In this document: positions 43,022 through 53,532 of the stretch, one piece after another | How positions within the stretch are numbered: position 1 is the first letter of the stretch | Layout: the number at the start of each line of letters is the position of its first letter | Assembly (NCBI GenBank): GCA_963663405.2 | Contig: CAXXSM010000118.1 | Span: 32,001 to 96,000, forward strand | Direction of reading: 5' to 3' | From: a bacterium | GTDB taxonomy: Bacteria > Hinthialibacterota > Hinthialibacteria > Hinthialibacterales > Hinthialibacteraceae | DNA: 64,000 nt | Notes under the pieces: model-generated | The model's database searches: none | What the model was told of the DNA's origin: nothing | The model's input: only the letters and a program-made list of their open reading frames with translations | Position numbers and translations under genes: made by a program

Positions 43022-44950
43022 GTGATCACGTAAAAATTAATTCCCATTTTCAGAGGAATGTAAAGTGTAGTTCAATTTACTTAAATTTTGATCCTTGACA
43101 ATGTTTAATTGTTTCATTTGTTCATTGGTTACAGTTTTTCCTTTTTTATATTTTTTCCGGACAAGATAAGCTTTGACTTTAAGACCGGTAGTGGTTTTTG
43201 TTGTTCGAATATAATTTAAGACAGTCTCATAACTATCAAGAGGCCTTCCTGCCCAGTTCTTACTTATCTCACTGAATAAGCGATGTTCAATTGGATTCCA
43301 TTTCGAACATCCCGCAGGATAATGAGAAACGGATACAGAAATACCATGAGGATCGCATAATTTGTGTTGAAGCCAATATTTCCATGTACGGCAATTTGAC
43401 CCATTACTCCCCCCTCCATCGGCCAGGATGAGTAAATGATTGGCTGATGGATATCGCTTTCGCCCTTCATAACGCCACCACTTTTCGACGCATTCGACAG
43501 CGAATTCGGGGGTGTCAAAAGAGGTCCCGACAAAAACCGTTCCACAGTTCGCTTGACAATCGTAAATCCCATAAGGAATCCCTTTGCCTTTCGCAGTCGA
43601 AGAAAAATCATGATCGGAAACCTCGATTGATTTTTGGGTCCATGTGGTTCCTTGATTTTTAAACGATCCAATTTTTTCTTTCTTTTTCGTATCCACACTT
43701 AAAATGGGATTGCCTTCTTGAGCGAATTGCTTTCGGATTTCTTCAATGTAAACAAATTGCTCATTTCGATCGTTGGAGGAAGCCGACGAAACACTTTTTT
43801 TATTCACCCGCAGAGAGAAATCCAATTGTTTCAAAATCCGAGCAACGGTTCGTTCGCTTATTTGGATGTCTAAGCGTTTGAGTTCTTCGGCCACTTTACA
43901 GCATGTCTTTCTGGTCCACTTCAGACCGGTCATCGGATCTCCCGCTGTTTCGTAATTCATTAATTCCTCAATGACATCTATGACTTTGTCAGTTTTTTTT
44001 CCACGGATTTTCGTCCGCCTCCAGGTTTACGTATGCGCTGAATCTCCACATCTTGCTCGATCAATTCACGGCGCCCTCGAGATACCGTGCCCACGTCTAT
44101 CCCCATGAAATTGGCGATGAGGCGGTCTCCCCCATGTCCCCATCGGAGCGATTCAAGTCCAGCATATAAACGGCGTTGCTTTTCATCCAAAAGACTCATA
44201 AATAGAATGATCGCCGCTTTCAATTCATCGCTTGTCGATTCCGGTGCAATTCGTTGGGATTCAAATTCTTGTTGGATACGACGGGCCGTCACTTGTTGTT
44301 TTTTGATAGTGGATTGAGAAGAGCAATAAAGGTATCGTCCACAGATTTTTTCGCGATAGAGTCGTCCAGTATTGATCAATTGGAGTAGAGCTTCTTTACA
44401 TCCTACATGAAGAATGTCTTGAAGCTCTGCAACGGAATATCCCGACTTGGAATGATTCACGATAAATTCAAGAGTCGATAGCAAAGTACCATGCTGAGAA
44501 AAATAAACCGATTGATAAGACCACAGACCCTGCTCATCGAATTTGACAAGTTGTTGAATCGTGTAAAATCGTCCCCCATGAGAGTAACTCGTATGATAAT
44601 TGAGTTCCTTCAACTTACGGAATACCGTTATGTTTGTGTTGGTACCCAAAACCTTTTTCATCTCTTCCATCGTTGCTATTTTTTGCGTTTTCAACATTAG
44701 TTCTAACTCTTTGGCATGGTAAAGTTTCGTATTCATCTCAACCTCAAAATGTTATAGTGTCGCCTCTATAAGCGATACTATAACATTTAGAATGAAAAAT
44801 CAATCCTTCTCGCTTATTATAAAAAAACTGTTTTTTACCTTTTATTAATAGCCTTTTTGGAAATTTTTCTATGTAAGTAAAAGAAATGTATTGTATTTCT
44901 AGTATGTTTGAGATTCGCTAATTAATCCGTAGTTATTTTTGCGCCAACCC
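43022..44950 (-). mobile_element. ISAzo13-family insertion sequence (1929 bp) with TTA target duplication
   Basis: TTA at 43019-43021 and 44951-44953; imperfect terminal IRs GTGATCACGTAAAAATTAA / GGGTTGGCGCAAAAATAAC; long hairpin at ~44747-44788 upstream of the transposase. Confidence 0.88.
43037..44736 (-). CDS. ISAzo13-family transposase split into two ORFs (43978-44736, 43037-43960) joined by a -1 shift at A8
   Basis: SVDTKKKE, HDF, ADGGGSN, SKWNPIEHRLFS signatures; upstream ORF has LDEKQRRLYAG...GGGRK. A -1 shift at T8 43993-44000 gives KSVEKKTDKVID...ETAGDPM. Confidence 0.88.
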
Positions 44951-45677
44951 TTAATGGATGGAGAACGTTTTTTCCCAGCGGGTGTACTGCGGGATGACCG
45001 CCTCGAACCATTGGATGTAAGTAAAGTCAATGAACAAATCCGGTTTTCCTTTTTTTCATCTCCATCCAGTCTCGCGCCTTCCCAAGGGGAAACCTCCCCA
45101 TCCCCCGATAAGAAGGACGCGTATTCCTGGTTAAAAGCGCCCCGTTATGATGGAACAGCCATGGAAGTGGGCTCCTTGGCACGGCTCTTGATCGCATACA
45201 AGAAGAATCAACCCAAATCCGTTAAAACAATCCTGGACGATTTTTTACATGCGCATTCCTTAACGTTATCAGACCTTGTATCCACGATGGGACGGCACGC
45301 CGCACGAGCGATCGAATCTCAAATCGTCGCCCGGCAATGTTTGGAATGGATCGATCAATTGGTTCCCGGCAAACCGGCGTTTCAAGATTATTCCATTCCC
45401 AATCGGGCGGAAGGCGTTGGATTGACCGAAGCGCCACGAGGAGCGTTGGGCCATTGGATACAAATCCAGAATGGAAAAATCGGGCGGTATCAATGCGTCG
45501 TCCCAACAACATGGAATTGTTCGCCCCGTGACGACCAGGAACAACCCGGCCCCGTCGAACAGGCTCTCGTGGGGATTCCAGTCACCGATGAGAAGAATCC
45601 GATTGAAGTCGCGCGGGTGGTTCGTTCATTCGATCCATGTCTCGCATGCGCCGTTCATTAAGTAAGGAGAGAATCGA

Positions 45678-46577
45678 ATGGATAAATTCACACGGAGAGA
45701 ATGGTTGCAATTCGGCGCAAAACTTTGCGCGCTCATGGGGATTGAAACAACATCAATACCACGCATCGTCCAGGCGCTGGAATCCATCCAAACAGGAAAT
45801 ACACCAGTCGTATGGTTACAAGGACAGAGTTGTTCGGGTTGTTCCGTCTCTTTCATTAACAGTGACGCTCCCGATCCGGTTGAAATTCTAACTCAATATA
45901 TCTCTCTCCGCTTTCATTCCACCCTATCAACAGCGACGGGCGCCTTGGGAATGGAGATGATCGAAAACGTTATTGAAAATGAAAAATTTTACTTAGTGGT
46001 TGAAGGAAGTGTTCCCGCCAAAATGCCCAAGGCTTGTTTAATGGGCCATAAACCCATCACAACATGGATTGAAATGGCCGCGAACAAAGTAACCGCGTTA
46101 ATTGCGATTGGATCCTGCGCGGCCTTTGGAGGCATCCCCGCCGCGGAAAACAATCCAACCGGCGCGATCAGCGTTCCCGATTTCATCAAAGAACGCCGGA
46201 TCAACATTCCTGTTATCCGGTTGCCTGGATGTCCTTGTCATCCGGATTGGTTTGTAGGGACTCTCGCTTACACACTCGCCTATGGATTACCGGAATTAGA
46301 TTCCTACCAACGCCCAACGATGTTTTATAAACGGTTGATTCACGATCAATGTCCGCGTTTCGCCGACTATGAACGGGAACGGTTTGCCCAAACTTTTGGC
46401 GATGAAGGGTGTTTATTCAAACTGGGCTGCGCCGGCCCAATCACACATGCGGATTGCACATTGCGCCATTGGAATTCTGGAGTCAATACATGTATCCGCG
46501 CGGGTGCGCCGTGTGTCGGTTGCGCGTCAGAAACGTTTGCGAGGAAGTCCCGCTTTCCTCTTTATACAAAATCGTAA
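45678..46577 (+). CDS. Tat-exported [NiFe]-hydrogenase small subunit, no membrane anchor
   Basis: FTRREWL Tat motif; proximal CSGC, GSCA, PGCP; distal HDQC..GCL..GC; medial C...CIRAGAPCVGC; polar C-terminus. Confidence 0.92.
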   Translation: MDKFTRREWLQFGAKLCALMGIETTSIPRIVQALESIQTGNTPVVWLQGQSCSGCSVSFINSDAPDPVEILTQYISLRFHSTLSTATGALGMEMIENVIENEKFYLVVEGSVPAKMPKACLMGHKPITTWIEMAANKVTALIAIGSCAAFGGIPAAENNPTGAISVPDFIKERRINIPVIRLPGCPCHPDWFVGTLAYTLAYGLPELDSYQRPTMFYKRLIHDQCPRFADYERERFAQTFGDEGCLFKLGCAGPITHADCTLRHWNSGVNTCIRAGAPCVGCASETFARKSRFPLYTKS

Positions 46578-47108
46578 TCAATATAACTACAAGAACGGTG
46601 AAACATGAAACTGCATACAAAATTGATCCTCTTCCTTATCATCGGTCTTTCGATCGTCGTTTTTTTAGGACAATTATTTCAATACAACACCGCCAGTCAT
46701 CGACTCAATCAATTTTCTCAAAACCTTCAAACCATCCTGACGGAACGGGAAGATCAAAACGCCCGGACGATCTTTGAAATGCTGGAAAGCTCCGTCGCTG
46801 GTTCGTTGGAACGAGGGGAGATGGAGAAATTCAAGCGCACACTCGAAGAACAAAGCCGTGTCGAAGGCATTTTAGAATTTTCACTCTTTAGTAAAACTGG
46901 GCGCGTTACGCATTCATCCGATTCTTCAAATGTGAATCGTGAATTGGAACGAAACTTATTTATCGAATTAACACAAAATCCAGACCGACGTATTGTGAAT
47001 TCCGAACAATACATCGAAATCTATCAACCACAAGTTGTGACACCCGATTGTATTCGTTGCCATATGGCTTGGGTGGAAAATGAAATCGGGGGAGTCACTT
47101 ACTTACGT

Positions 47109-49342
47109 TCAGACCTCCTGATCTGGGGGATATTGATCTGACACCAATTGGTAAACGAGACGTAGATTCGTGCCAGGATAAATGGTTTCGGTTTCATTCA
47201 ATTGAGCGGCCAAATGACGGGCGGCTTGATCGGAAAGGCGGTTGGTCAAGTGATGGAGCCGAACCGTGAGAATCTCTTTTTCTTCATCGGGAATCAGATC
47301 CGCCTCGGTGGTCATGATTTCCCGCGCCAACGAACGCGCATCGTCTCCCCGGCTCAGCACCTCCCGCAGGATTGCCACCATCGCCGTTTCCGCCCGATAC
47401 GCAATCATTCGAATCGTATCCATGAATTGTTTCTTCGCTGGAGCCAATTGGTGAAATTTTGCCTCCTCTGGCAAGTCCACAAACGCGATATGCTTTTTCG
47501 TTTGCTTCCGGCTCCGCTTGAACTCATCGAGTTGTTTCTCCATCCCTCCGATCTCTTCAAGGAGGGCGCCTTTCTGGATTTCATAGCATTCGATCTCTTT
47601 CGGATCGGAGGATTCCTTTAGGACAAGGGCGCCGAATTCCGCTTGCTTTCGAGTCTTTTTCCCCGCCAGGCTTTTGATCTGACTTTCCAATTTCCGATAG
47701 GCCGGATTCACCACTTTCACCGTCTCATCCGGCAAGACCGTTTCATACCCGATAAGTCCATCTAAATGAAAGTGTTCCATCATGTACCGAAAGAAGTTTT
47801 CCTGACACCAACGCGCGAACATATGCGCCGCCAGTTGACTCGCATCCGATGTATAATCCGTACTGATCACAGCGGTTTGATGCCCTGTATCCCCCAACTT
47901 GCGAATCTCCCGCACCCAGATTTTTCCTCCCAGAAAGACGCCTCTCTCGGCCAAGCGCATCGGCGATTCATGCCCACCAGGCAGACGCACATTCACTGTC
48001 TCGAATTCTGAAACTGGCCAATCTTCTCCCTGAAACTTGCGGTACGTTTGACACGCGATCCGCGAATCCCACATCTGAGCGAAGAATCCGGGGCTATAGC
48101 CTTCCCGGTCGAACACCAGGACGAACCGGTGGAGATAGGGATTGGATTCAAGGTTTTCGGCCGTGGGTTGATGGGGAACATCTTTTAGCAACTGTGGAAC
48201 AATGTCTTGTTTGAGCCGATCCAACAAGCCGGTGGTGAATGGAGTGCTCACCACAAAGAAGGGGCGGCCTTCGCCGTCGTTCACCCAATAGTCGGTGAGT
48301 CCACGCAAACATAATCGTTGACGCGCGACATAGCGGCGGGGCAGTTTCGTTTGCGAACCGTGATAGACGCGGACATGACCATCGACATATAAAACGCCCG
48401 CCGCGTCCGGATCCGCCTCCATCCACTCCCGGGACAATTCGTCCCCCCATTCTTTGATCTGGTCTGGTTGGGCGAGAATTTTGATTTTTTCCCGCAGGGT
48501 CCGCACTTCGGGAATTCGATCTAAGCCCAGTAACTTGCCCCCTTCCCCCGCGGGATGATAGCGCAACTGTTCCGGCGTTTTGATCCGCGTCAACGCCATG
48601 AAAGCCAACACAATAAAAATGTGGACGCAACTGTAAAATCCTTTGGGGAGAGAAAAGTTCTTCGAGACATTCTTCAGCAGCCCGTTGGCGAGTAACGCGG
48701 GCATCGCCCATAACACGCCGCCTTGCGCCACATCCAATTCCGTCTCGAAACGAGTCGGGGCTTCCTCCAACTGCCCGGTCGCCGCGCAGACCCGCTCCAC
48801 CATTCGCGTACAGCCCATCCCCATCGCCGCTTGGCTGTCTTCTACGCTTCGCTCGCTTTTCGGGCGGCCTCCGGCATCGTTTTTTTTAGCGGCTCCACCA
48901 GGCGGCCGGCTTGGATCGCCTTATTCAACGTATTCCGCTTAAGGCCCAACTGATCGGCGATCTCCGCTCGAGAGAGCCCCTCGTTCAAGAACTCTTGCGC
49001 TTGCTGGAGGACGTCTTTTGTCAAGACATGCGCGCCTCGCGTTCGAGGCGTTTCAAAAAACGCCGCCGCTCCGCCTTTCCGGTATTTCTTGACCCACCGC
49101 TTCACGCTGATCGCGCTCACGCCAAACGCTCGGACAATCTCCATTTGCGTGCATTGCCCGTTCACGACAAACTGACTGGTAATCAAACGGAAACTCTTTT
49201 GATCGGTTTCCGGATGCGTGTAAATAGGAAAGGCGCCATGAAAATAATAGACCGAACCGTCCTGCTTCCGGTACGAGAGTACATCGGTGATGTAGCCTTC
49301 CTCGACATCGGCAAAGTGGGGTAAGAATCCTTGTGGCATCAA
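47109..49342 (-). CDS. transposase split into an HTH ORF (48842-49342) and a DDE ORF (47109-48824), joined by a -1 shift at A8
   Basis: YVDGH, VFDREG, RWCQENFF DDE-like motifs; -1 shift at T8 48880-48887 gives LKKNDAGGRPKSERSVED...MGMGC. Confidence 0.85.
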
Positions 49343-49440
49343 CCGGGCTCCTTTTCGGATCGAGCATTTTTATCCCCAAAAAGGTATCTTGCCAAAATCA
49401 TCAACTCTACGGAATCCCCCGGCCCAGCTCAGGAGGTCTG
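47110..49440 (-). mobile_element. insertion sequence (2331 bp, ISNCY-like/unclassified DDE) with ACGTT flanking duplication
   Basis: Terminal IRs CAGACCTCCTGA(T/G)CTGGG; ACGTT at 47105-47109 and 49441-49445 (alternatively a CGT duplication with 1-bp longer IRs). Confidence 0.9.
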
Positions 49441-50605
49441 ACGTTATTCCACCCAAGCGATGGAACAGGTCAAAGAACAAAACCTGACAACCTTTCAAGA
49501 ATTGAAATCCGCGACATTTCGAAACGGTATTATTGTTGTCATTCTAATTATCGTTTTTTGTTTATTGGTAATCTATTCACTCGTTCGTTATCTCGTATCC
49601 AAACCACTCAATGAGTGTGTTGACTTGGCGCAATCCGTCGCGTCGGGCGATCTCACTCAACGCCTGGAAATCAAAACAAAAGATGAAATTGGGCAATTGG
49701 TTCAGTCTTTGAATACGATGACAGAAAAACTGCAAACGACGATCGGCCGGATCTATCAAGCGACGGAACAAGTCGCGGCTGGATCGGATCGATTGTCTTC
49801 CTCGTCACAGAATTTAGCGGCGGCCGCCTTGGAACAATCTTCCAGCCTGAACGAAACAGCCAGTTCGTTAGACAACCTTATGAATTCAATCCGCCAGAAC
49901 GCAGACAATGCGAAAACAACAGATCAAGTCACTCAAACCTCCGTCGAACAAGCGGATCAAGGCCAAATCGCCGTCTCCAAGACCGTTGATGATATGAAAA
50001 AAATCGCGGAACAGATTGGAATCATCAATGACATTACAGATCAGACCGATCTTCTCGCTCTGAATGCGGCGATCGAAGCCGCGCGGGCGGGGGAGATGGG
50101 AAAAGGATTCGCGGTGGTGGCTGTGGAAGTGCGTAAACTGGCGGAACGAAGCCAAAGCGCGGCTAAAGAAATCGTCGCCTTAGTCAAAAAAAGCGTTTCA
50201 CAAGCCGAAAACGCAGGCGCGCGGATTCAGGAAATCTCTCCAACCATTCAAAAAGCTTCTCAATTGGTTCAAGAAATCACATCGATTTGTGACGAACAAT
50301 CAAAAATGTCCGAACAGATCCGCCATGCGTTAACTCATCTAGAATCCATCTCGAAACAAAACCAAGACACGAGCGATGAAACCGCCTCCGCAAGCGAAGA
50401 ACTCGCCTCCCAAGCCTTCTCCATGCAGGATTTAGTCAGACAGTTTAAAATGGATCAGCGTTACTGAACAGCGCCAGAGAGTACCATATCTAGCAGAAAT
50501 AAAACACAGCAAGATCATCCAGAACTATCCCCAAAAATACAATAGGTCTATGATATCTATTCAGGAAGAAAGAATAGTATACTTGACTCGATTTCAAAGG
50601 AATGT

Positions 50606-51529
50606 TTGCGAAAAATGAATAACAATAGAGAATTAATTCAAGATTTAAAAGAACTTAATAGATTAGAGAGTCAATTTTTAAAACTCTCTAATGAAGCAAA
50701 AACACCTGAAACTGAAGAGGAAATGATCCAAAATTTTGAAAATATAGGAAATATATCAATAAATGCATTTAAGTTAAAAGAGAAAATATCAACAAAAATA
50801 GCTTTTATTGATGATCCAATCATAGATATAAATAATAAGATAATTGATTTTGATGGAACAGATTATAAAGATATAGAAATTACATTTAAAAAGATAAAAG
50901 AAGATAAAAAATTTTACTCTATAGATTTTCTCTGCGAATATTATAAAATTCTCAGATCTTCCAGTATTTTCGAATCTAATGGAACTAAACAAGAATTGCC
51001 ATCAACACTCGATTTATCAACATTGAATCTATTCGAAGAAAAAGATCCAGAATATTTTCATGATCATTTTCTTGGCAATAGTCAATATAGAATAACTGAA
51101 TATTATTATAATAGATTGCGCATTTCCCCTTTATTAGTATCGAAAAACATACCGAGAAGACTGGATGATTATTTTTCTGAAATTAGGGAAACGTATTCTT
51201 GGTGTTTATACAAAGCTTGTATTTCTTTAAGCCGTGCTTTGTTAGATCACTGTATAACTGAGGAGTTAATAAAAAAGCCAAGTTATAAAAAGGAAAAAAC
51301 AGAGATAAAGAAAATAGAAGGTAGATTTGATTTTGATATAAGAATAGATTTAGCTTTAAAATTAAGAATTATCACCGAGAAATTAACAGAAGATGCTCAT
51401 ACAATAAGAAAAAAAGCAAATATAATTTTGCATGATCCAAAAAAGCACGTCAAAAATAACGACAAAGAAACTTACGATTTAATTCATAAAACTGTCGGTA
51501 TTCTTGAATGGATTTATAGAAAGAAATAG
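50606..51529 (+). CDS. low-GC protein with a C-terminal DUF4145/HEPN-like domain
   Basis: Very AT-rich; YKACISLSRALLD and IRKKANIILH (R-x3-N-x3-H) pattern. Confidence 0.55.
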   Translation: MRKMNNNRELIQDLKELNRLESQFLKLSNEAKTPETEEEMIQNFENIGNISINAFKLKEKISTKIAFIDDPIIDINNKIIDFDGTDYKDIEITFKKIKEDKKFYSIDFLCEYYKILRSSSIFESNGTKQELPSTLDLSTLNLFEEKDPEYFHDHFLGNSQYRITEYYYNRLRISPLLVSKNIPRRLDDYFSEIRETYSWCLYKACISLSRALLDHCITEELIKKPSYKKEKTEIKKIEGRFDFDIRIDLALKLRIITEKLTEDAHTIRKKANIILHDPKKHVKNNDKETYDLIHKTVGILEWIYRKK

Positions 51530-51577
51530 ATATTCACTATATGGATTATACGAAAATTGTATGGTGTAAATTGTAAT

Positions 51578-52510
51578 TCAATACATCTTCGTTCGGCGAA
51601 TCAGATATCGCATCAGAAGATGATCGAAAGGAACTGAGGTGTTGACGGGGATATAGTCGAGGCGGGCGGCGGAGCATTCGCGGGTGTAATACTGGCGCCA
51701 TTCTTCCGCCTGCTGGATGTATTCACGTCTGAGAAGAGTCGCGTCGGTTGGGAGTTCTTCGCCTGTCTCCGCATCGACAAAGGTGGTCGCGCCGGTGAAG
51801 GGGAATTCCCACTCGTCGGAATCGAGAATGTGAAAGAGAATCACCTCGTGCCCTCGATACCGCAGGTGATGCAATCCCCGAATCACTTCCAACGGCTCTT
51901 CCCATAGATCGGACAAAATTACAATCAATCCCCGCCGCGTCATGCGTTCCGCGATGGTATGAAGGATTGAAGCGATGGATGTTTCGGTCTTCTCTTTCGT
52001 ATCCGGATAGGGCAGACGGGCCATTTCTTTCAGAAGAACGGTGAGATGGGATGGACTGCTGCGAGGGGGAATATACCGCCGCATACAATCGGCGCCGACC
52101 GCGAGACCGACGGAATCGGATTGGCGGATCATGAGATACCCCAAAGCGGCGGCGACACTGCGGGCGTAATCCAACTTGGTTACCTCCGCGGCGCCGTAAT
52201 TCATCGAGGCGCTGCCATCGAGAATCAGGCAGGCCTTCAGGTTGGTCTCCTCTTCATATTCCTTGATATAGTACTTATCCGTCCGACCCCAGACCTTCCA
52301 ATCAATGGCGCACGGATCGTCGCCTTTGGCATATTCTCTATGTTCGGCGAATTCGACGCTGAAACCATGATAGGGGCTGCGGTGCAATCCGGCGATGAAT
52401 CCCTCGACAACCAAGCGGGCGACCAATTTCAAATTGGCGATCCGGCTGATTTTCGCTGGATCGAGGAATTTTCGCCAATCCCCGGATTCTAAATGATTAA
52501 GTTGATTCAT
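51578..52510 (-). CDS. DUF58 family protein (vWA-like)
   Basis: GLHRSPYHGFSVEFAEHREY..GDD..IDWK, KEYEEET, LDGSASM, ILSD. Confidence 0.9.
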   Translation of the reverse strand: MNQLNHLESGDWRKFLDPAKISRIANLKLVARLVVEGFIAGLHRSPYHGFSVEFAEHREYAKGDDPCAIDWKVWGRTDKYYIKEYEEETNLKACLILDGSASMNYGAAEVTKLDYARSVAAALGYLMIRQSDSVGLAVGADCMRRYIPPRSSPSHLTVLLKEMARLPYPDTKEKTETSIASILHTIAERMTRRGLIVILSDLWEEPLEVIRGLHHLRYRGHEVILFHILDSDEWEFPFTGATTFVDAETGEELPTDATLLRREYIQQAEEWRQYYTRECSAARLDYIPVNTSVPFDHLLMRYLIRRTKMY

Positions 52511-53529
52511 GAATAATCCCTATCCGACGCTTCCGGGATGGTCTCGAGAAGGCGGTTGATGATATCGATCACACCAACGCCTTCACTTTCCGCTGTGAAA
52601 TTGGCGACGATGCGATGGCGCAGAACCGACGGCGCGACTGCGCGGATATCATCACAGGAAACATTCAATTCCCCCCGGATAGCCGCCCGCGCTTTGCCGC
52701 CGAGTATCAAATACTGCCCCGCTCTCGGCCCCGCCCCCCAGCTGACCCATTCTTTAATGAAATCAGGTGAGTCTTCATTTTTCGGTCTTGTGCTTCGGAC
52801 CAACCGGGCGGCGTAGTCAATTACATGATCCGAAACCGGTATCCCCCGAACCGTTCGAGAAATCCACCCGAAATCGACTTGGTCAAGTTTTTGCAATTCA
52901 CCATCACGGGAAGGGAGAGTGGTGACTTTGATGATTTCACGTTCTTCTTCCGCTAAGGGATAATCGATATAGATATTGAACATAAAACGGTCCAACTGCG
53001 CTTCCGGAAGGGGATACGTGCCTTCCTGCTCAATGGGATTCTGTGTAGCGAGAACGAAGAAAGGCGGGCCGAGAGGATAATCCGTCCCAGCGACAGTGAC
53101 TTTTCGCTCCTGCATCGCTTCAAGGAGCGCCGCTTGCGTTTTAGGGGGGGTACGGTTTATTTCATCGGCAAGAACGATTTGCGCAAATACTGGCCCCTTG
53201 ATAAATATGAACTTACGCTTCCTCGTCTCAGGATCTTCCTCAATCACGTCTGTGCCGATAATATCGCTGGGCATGAGGTCGGGAGTAAACTGGATTCGTT
53301 TGAATGAAAGTTGGAAAATATCGGCGACAGTCTGCACCAGCATGGTTTTCGCCAAACCGGGAACACCAACAATCAGCGCATGCGCGCCAACAAAAAGAGC
53401 GATAAGCAACTCATCAACAACGCCTTTTTGTCCAATAATAATTTTACTGATTTCGTTGTCGATTGTTCTTTTAATTCCCGAAAGTTTTTGCACATCTTCC
53501 AAAGTGGGGACAATTTGCATAGTTAACAA
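52507..53529 (-). CDS. MoxR-family AAA+ ATPase
   Basis: GVPGLAKT Walker A, RIQFTPDLMPSD, ADEINR, ATQNP, PEAQLDRF. Confidence 0.93.
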   Translation of the reverse strand: MLTMQIVPTLEDVQKLSGIKRTIDNEISKIIIGQKGVVDELLIALFVGAHALIVGVPGLAKTMLVQTVADIFQLSFKRIQFTPDLMPSDIIGTDVIEEDPETRKRKFIFIKGPVFAQIVLADEINRTPPKTQAALLEAMQERKVTVAGTDYPLGPPFFVLATQNPIEQEGTYPLPEAQLDRFMFNIYIDYPLAEEEREIIKVTTLPSRDGELQKLDQVDFGWISRTVRGIPVSDHVIDYAARLVRSTRPKNEDSPDFIKEWVSWGAGPRAGQYLILGGKARAAIRGELNVSCDDIRAVAPSVLRHRIVANFTAESEGVGVIDIINRLLETIPEASDRDYS

Positions 53530-53532
53530 TCC

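Larger units (their letters stand above)
42215..45661 (+). pseudogene. [NiFe]-hydrogenase large subunit interrupted by an ISAzo13-family element
   Basis: 5' part has TRIEGH and L1 [11 protein letters not shown]; 3' part has KAPRY, EAPRG, VPTTWN and L2 DPCLACAVH*. Removing the IS plus one TTA gives in-frame FHEPL-MDGERF (~504 aa). Confidence 0.92.
46605..50467 (+). pseudogene. methyl-accepting chemotaxis protein with periplasmic heme-c (CxxCH) sensor, IS-interrupted
   Basis: TM1 and periplasmic CIRCH before the IS; TM2, HAMP and MA core [27 protein letters not shown] after it. IS removal gives in-frame [14 protein letters not shown] (508 aa). Confidence 0.9.

Noticed and set aside
45635-45661. 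Selenocysteine ([NiFeSe]) in the second hydrogenase
   Set aside because: The L2 cysteines are TGT/TGC; there is no in-frame TGA.
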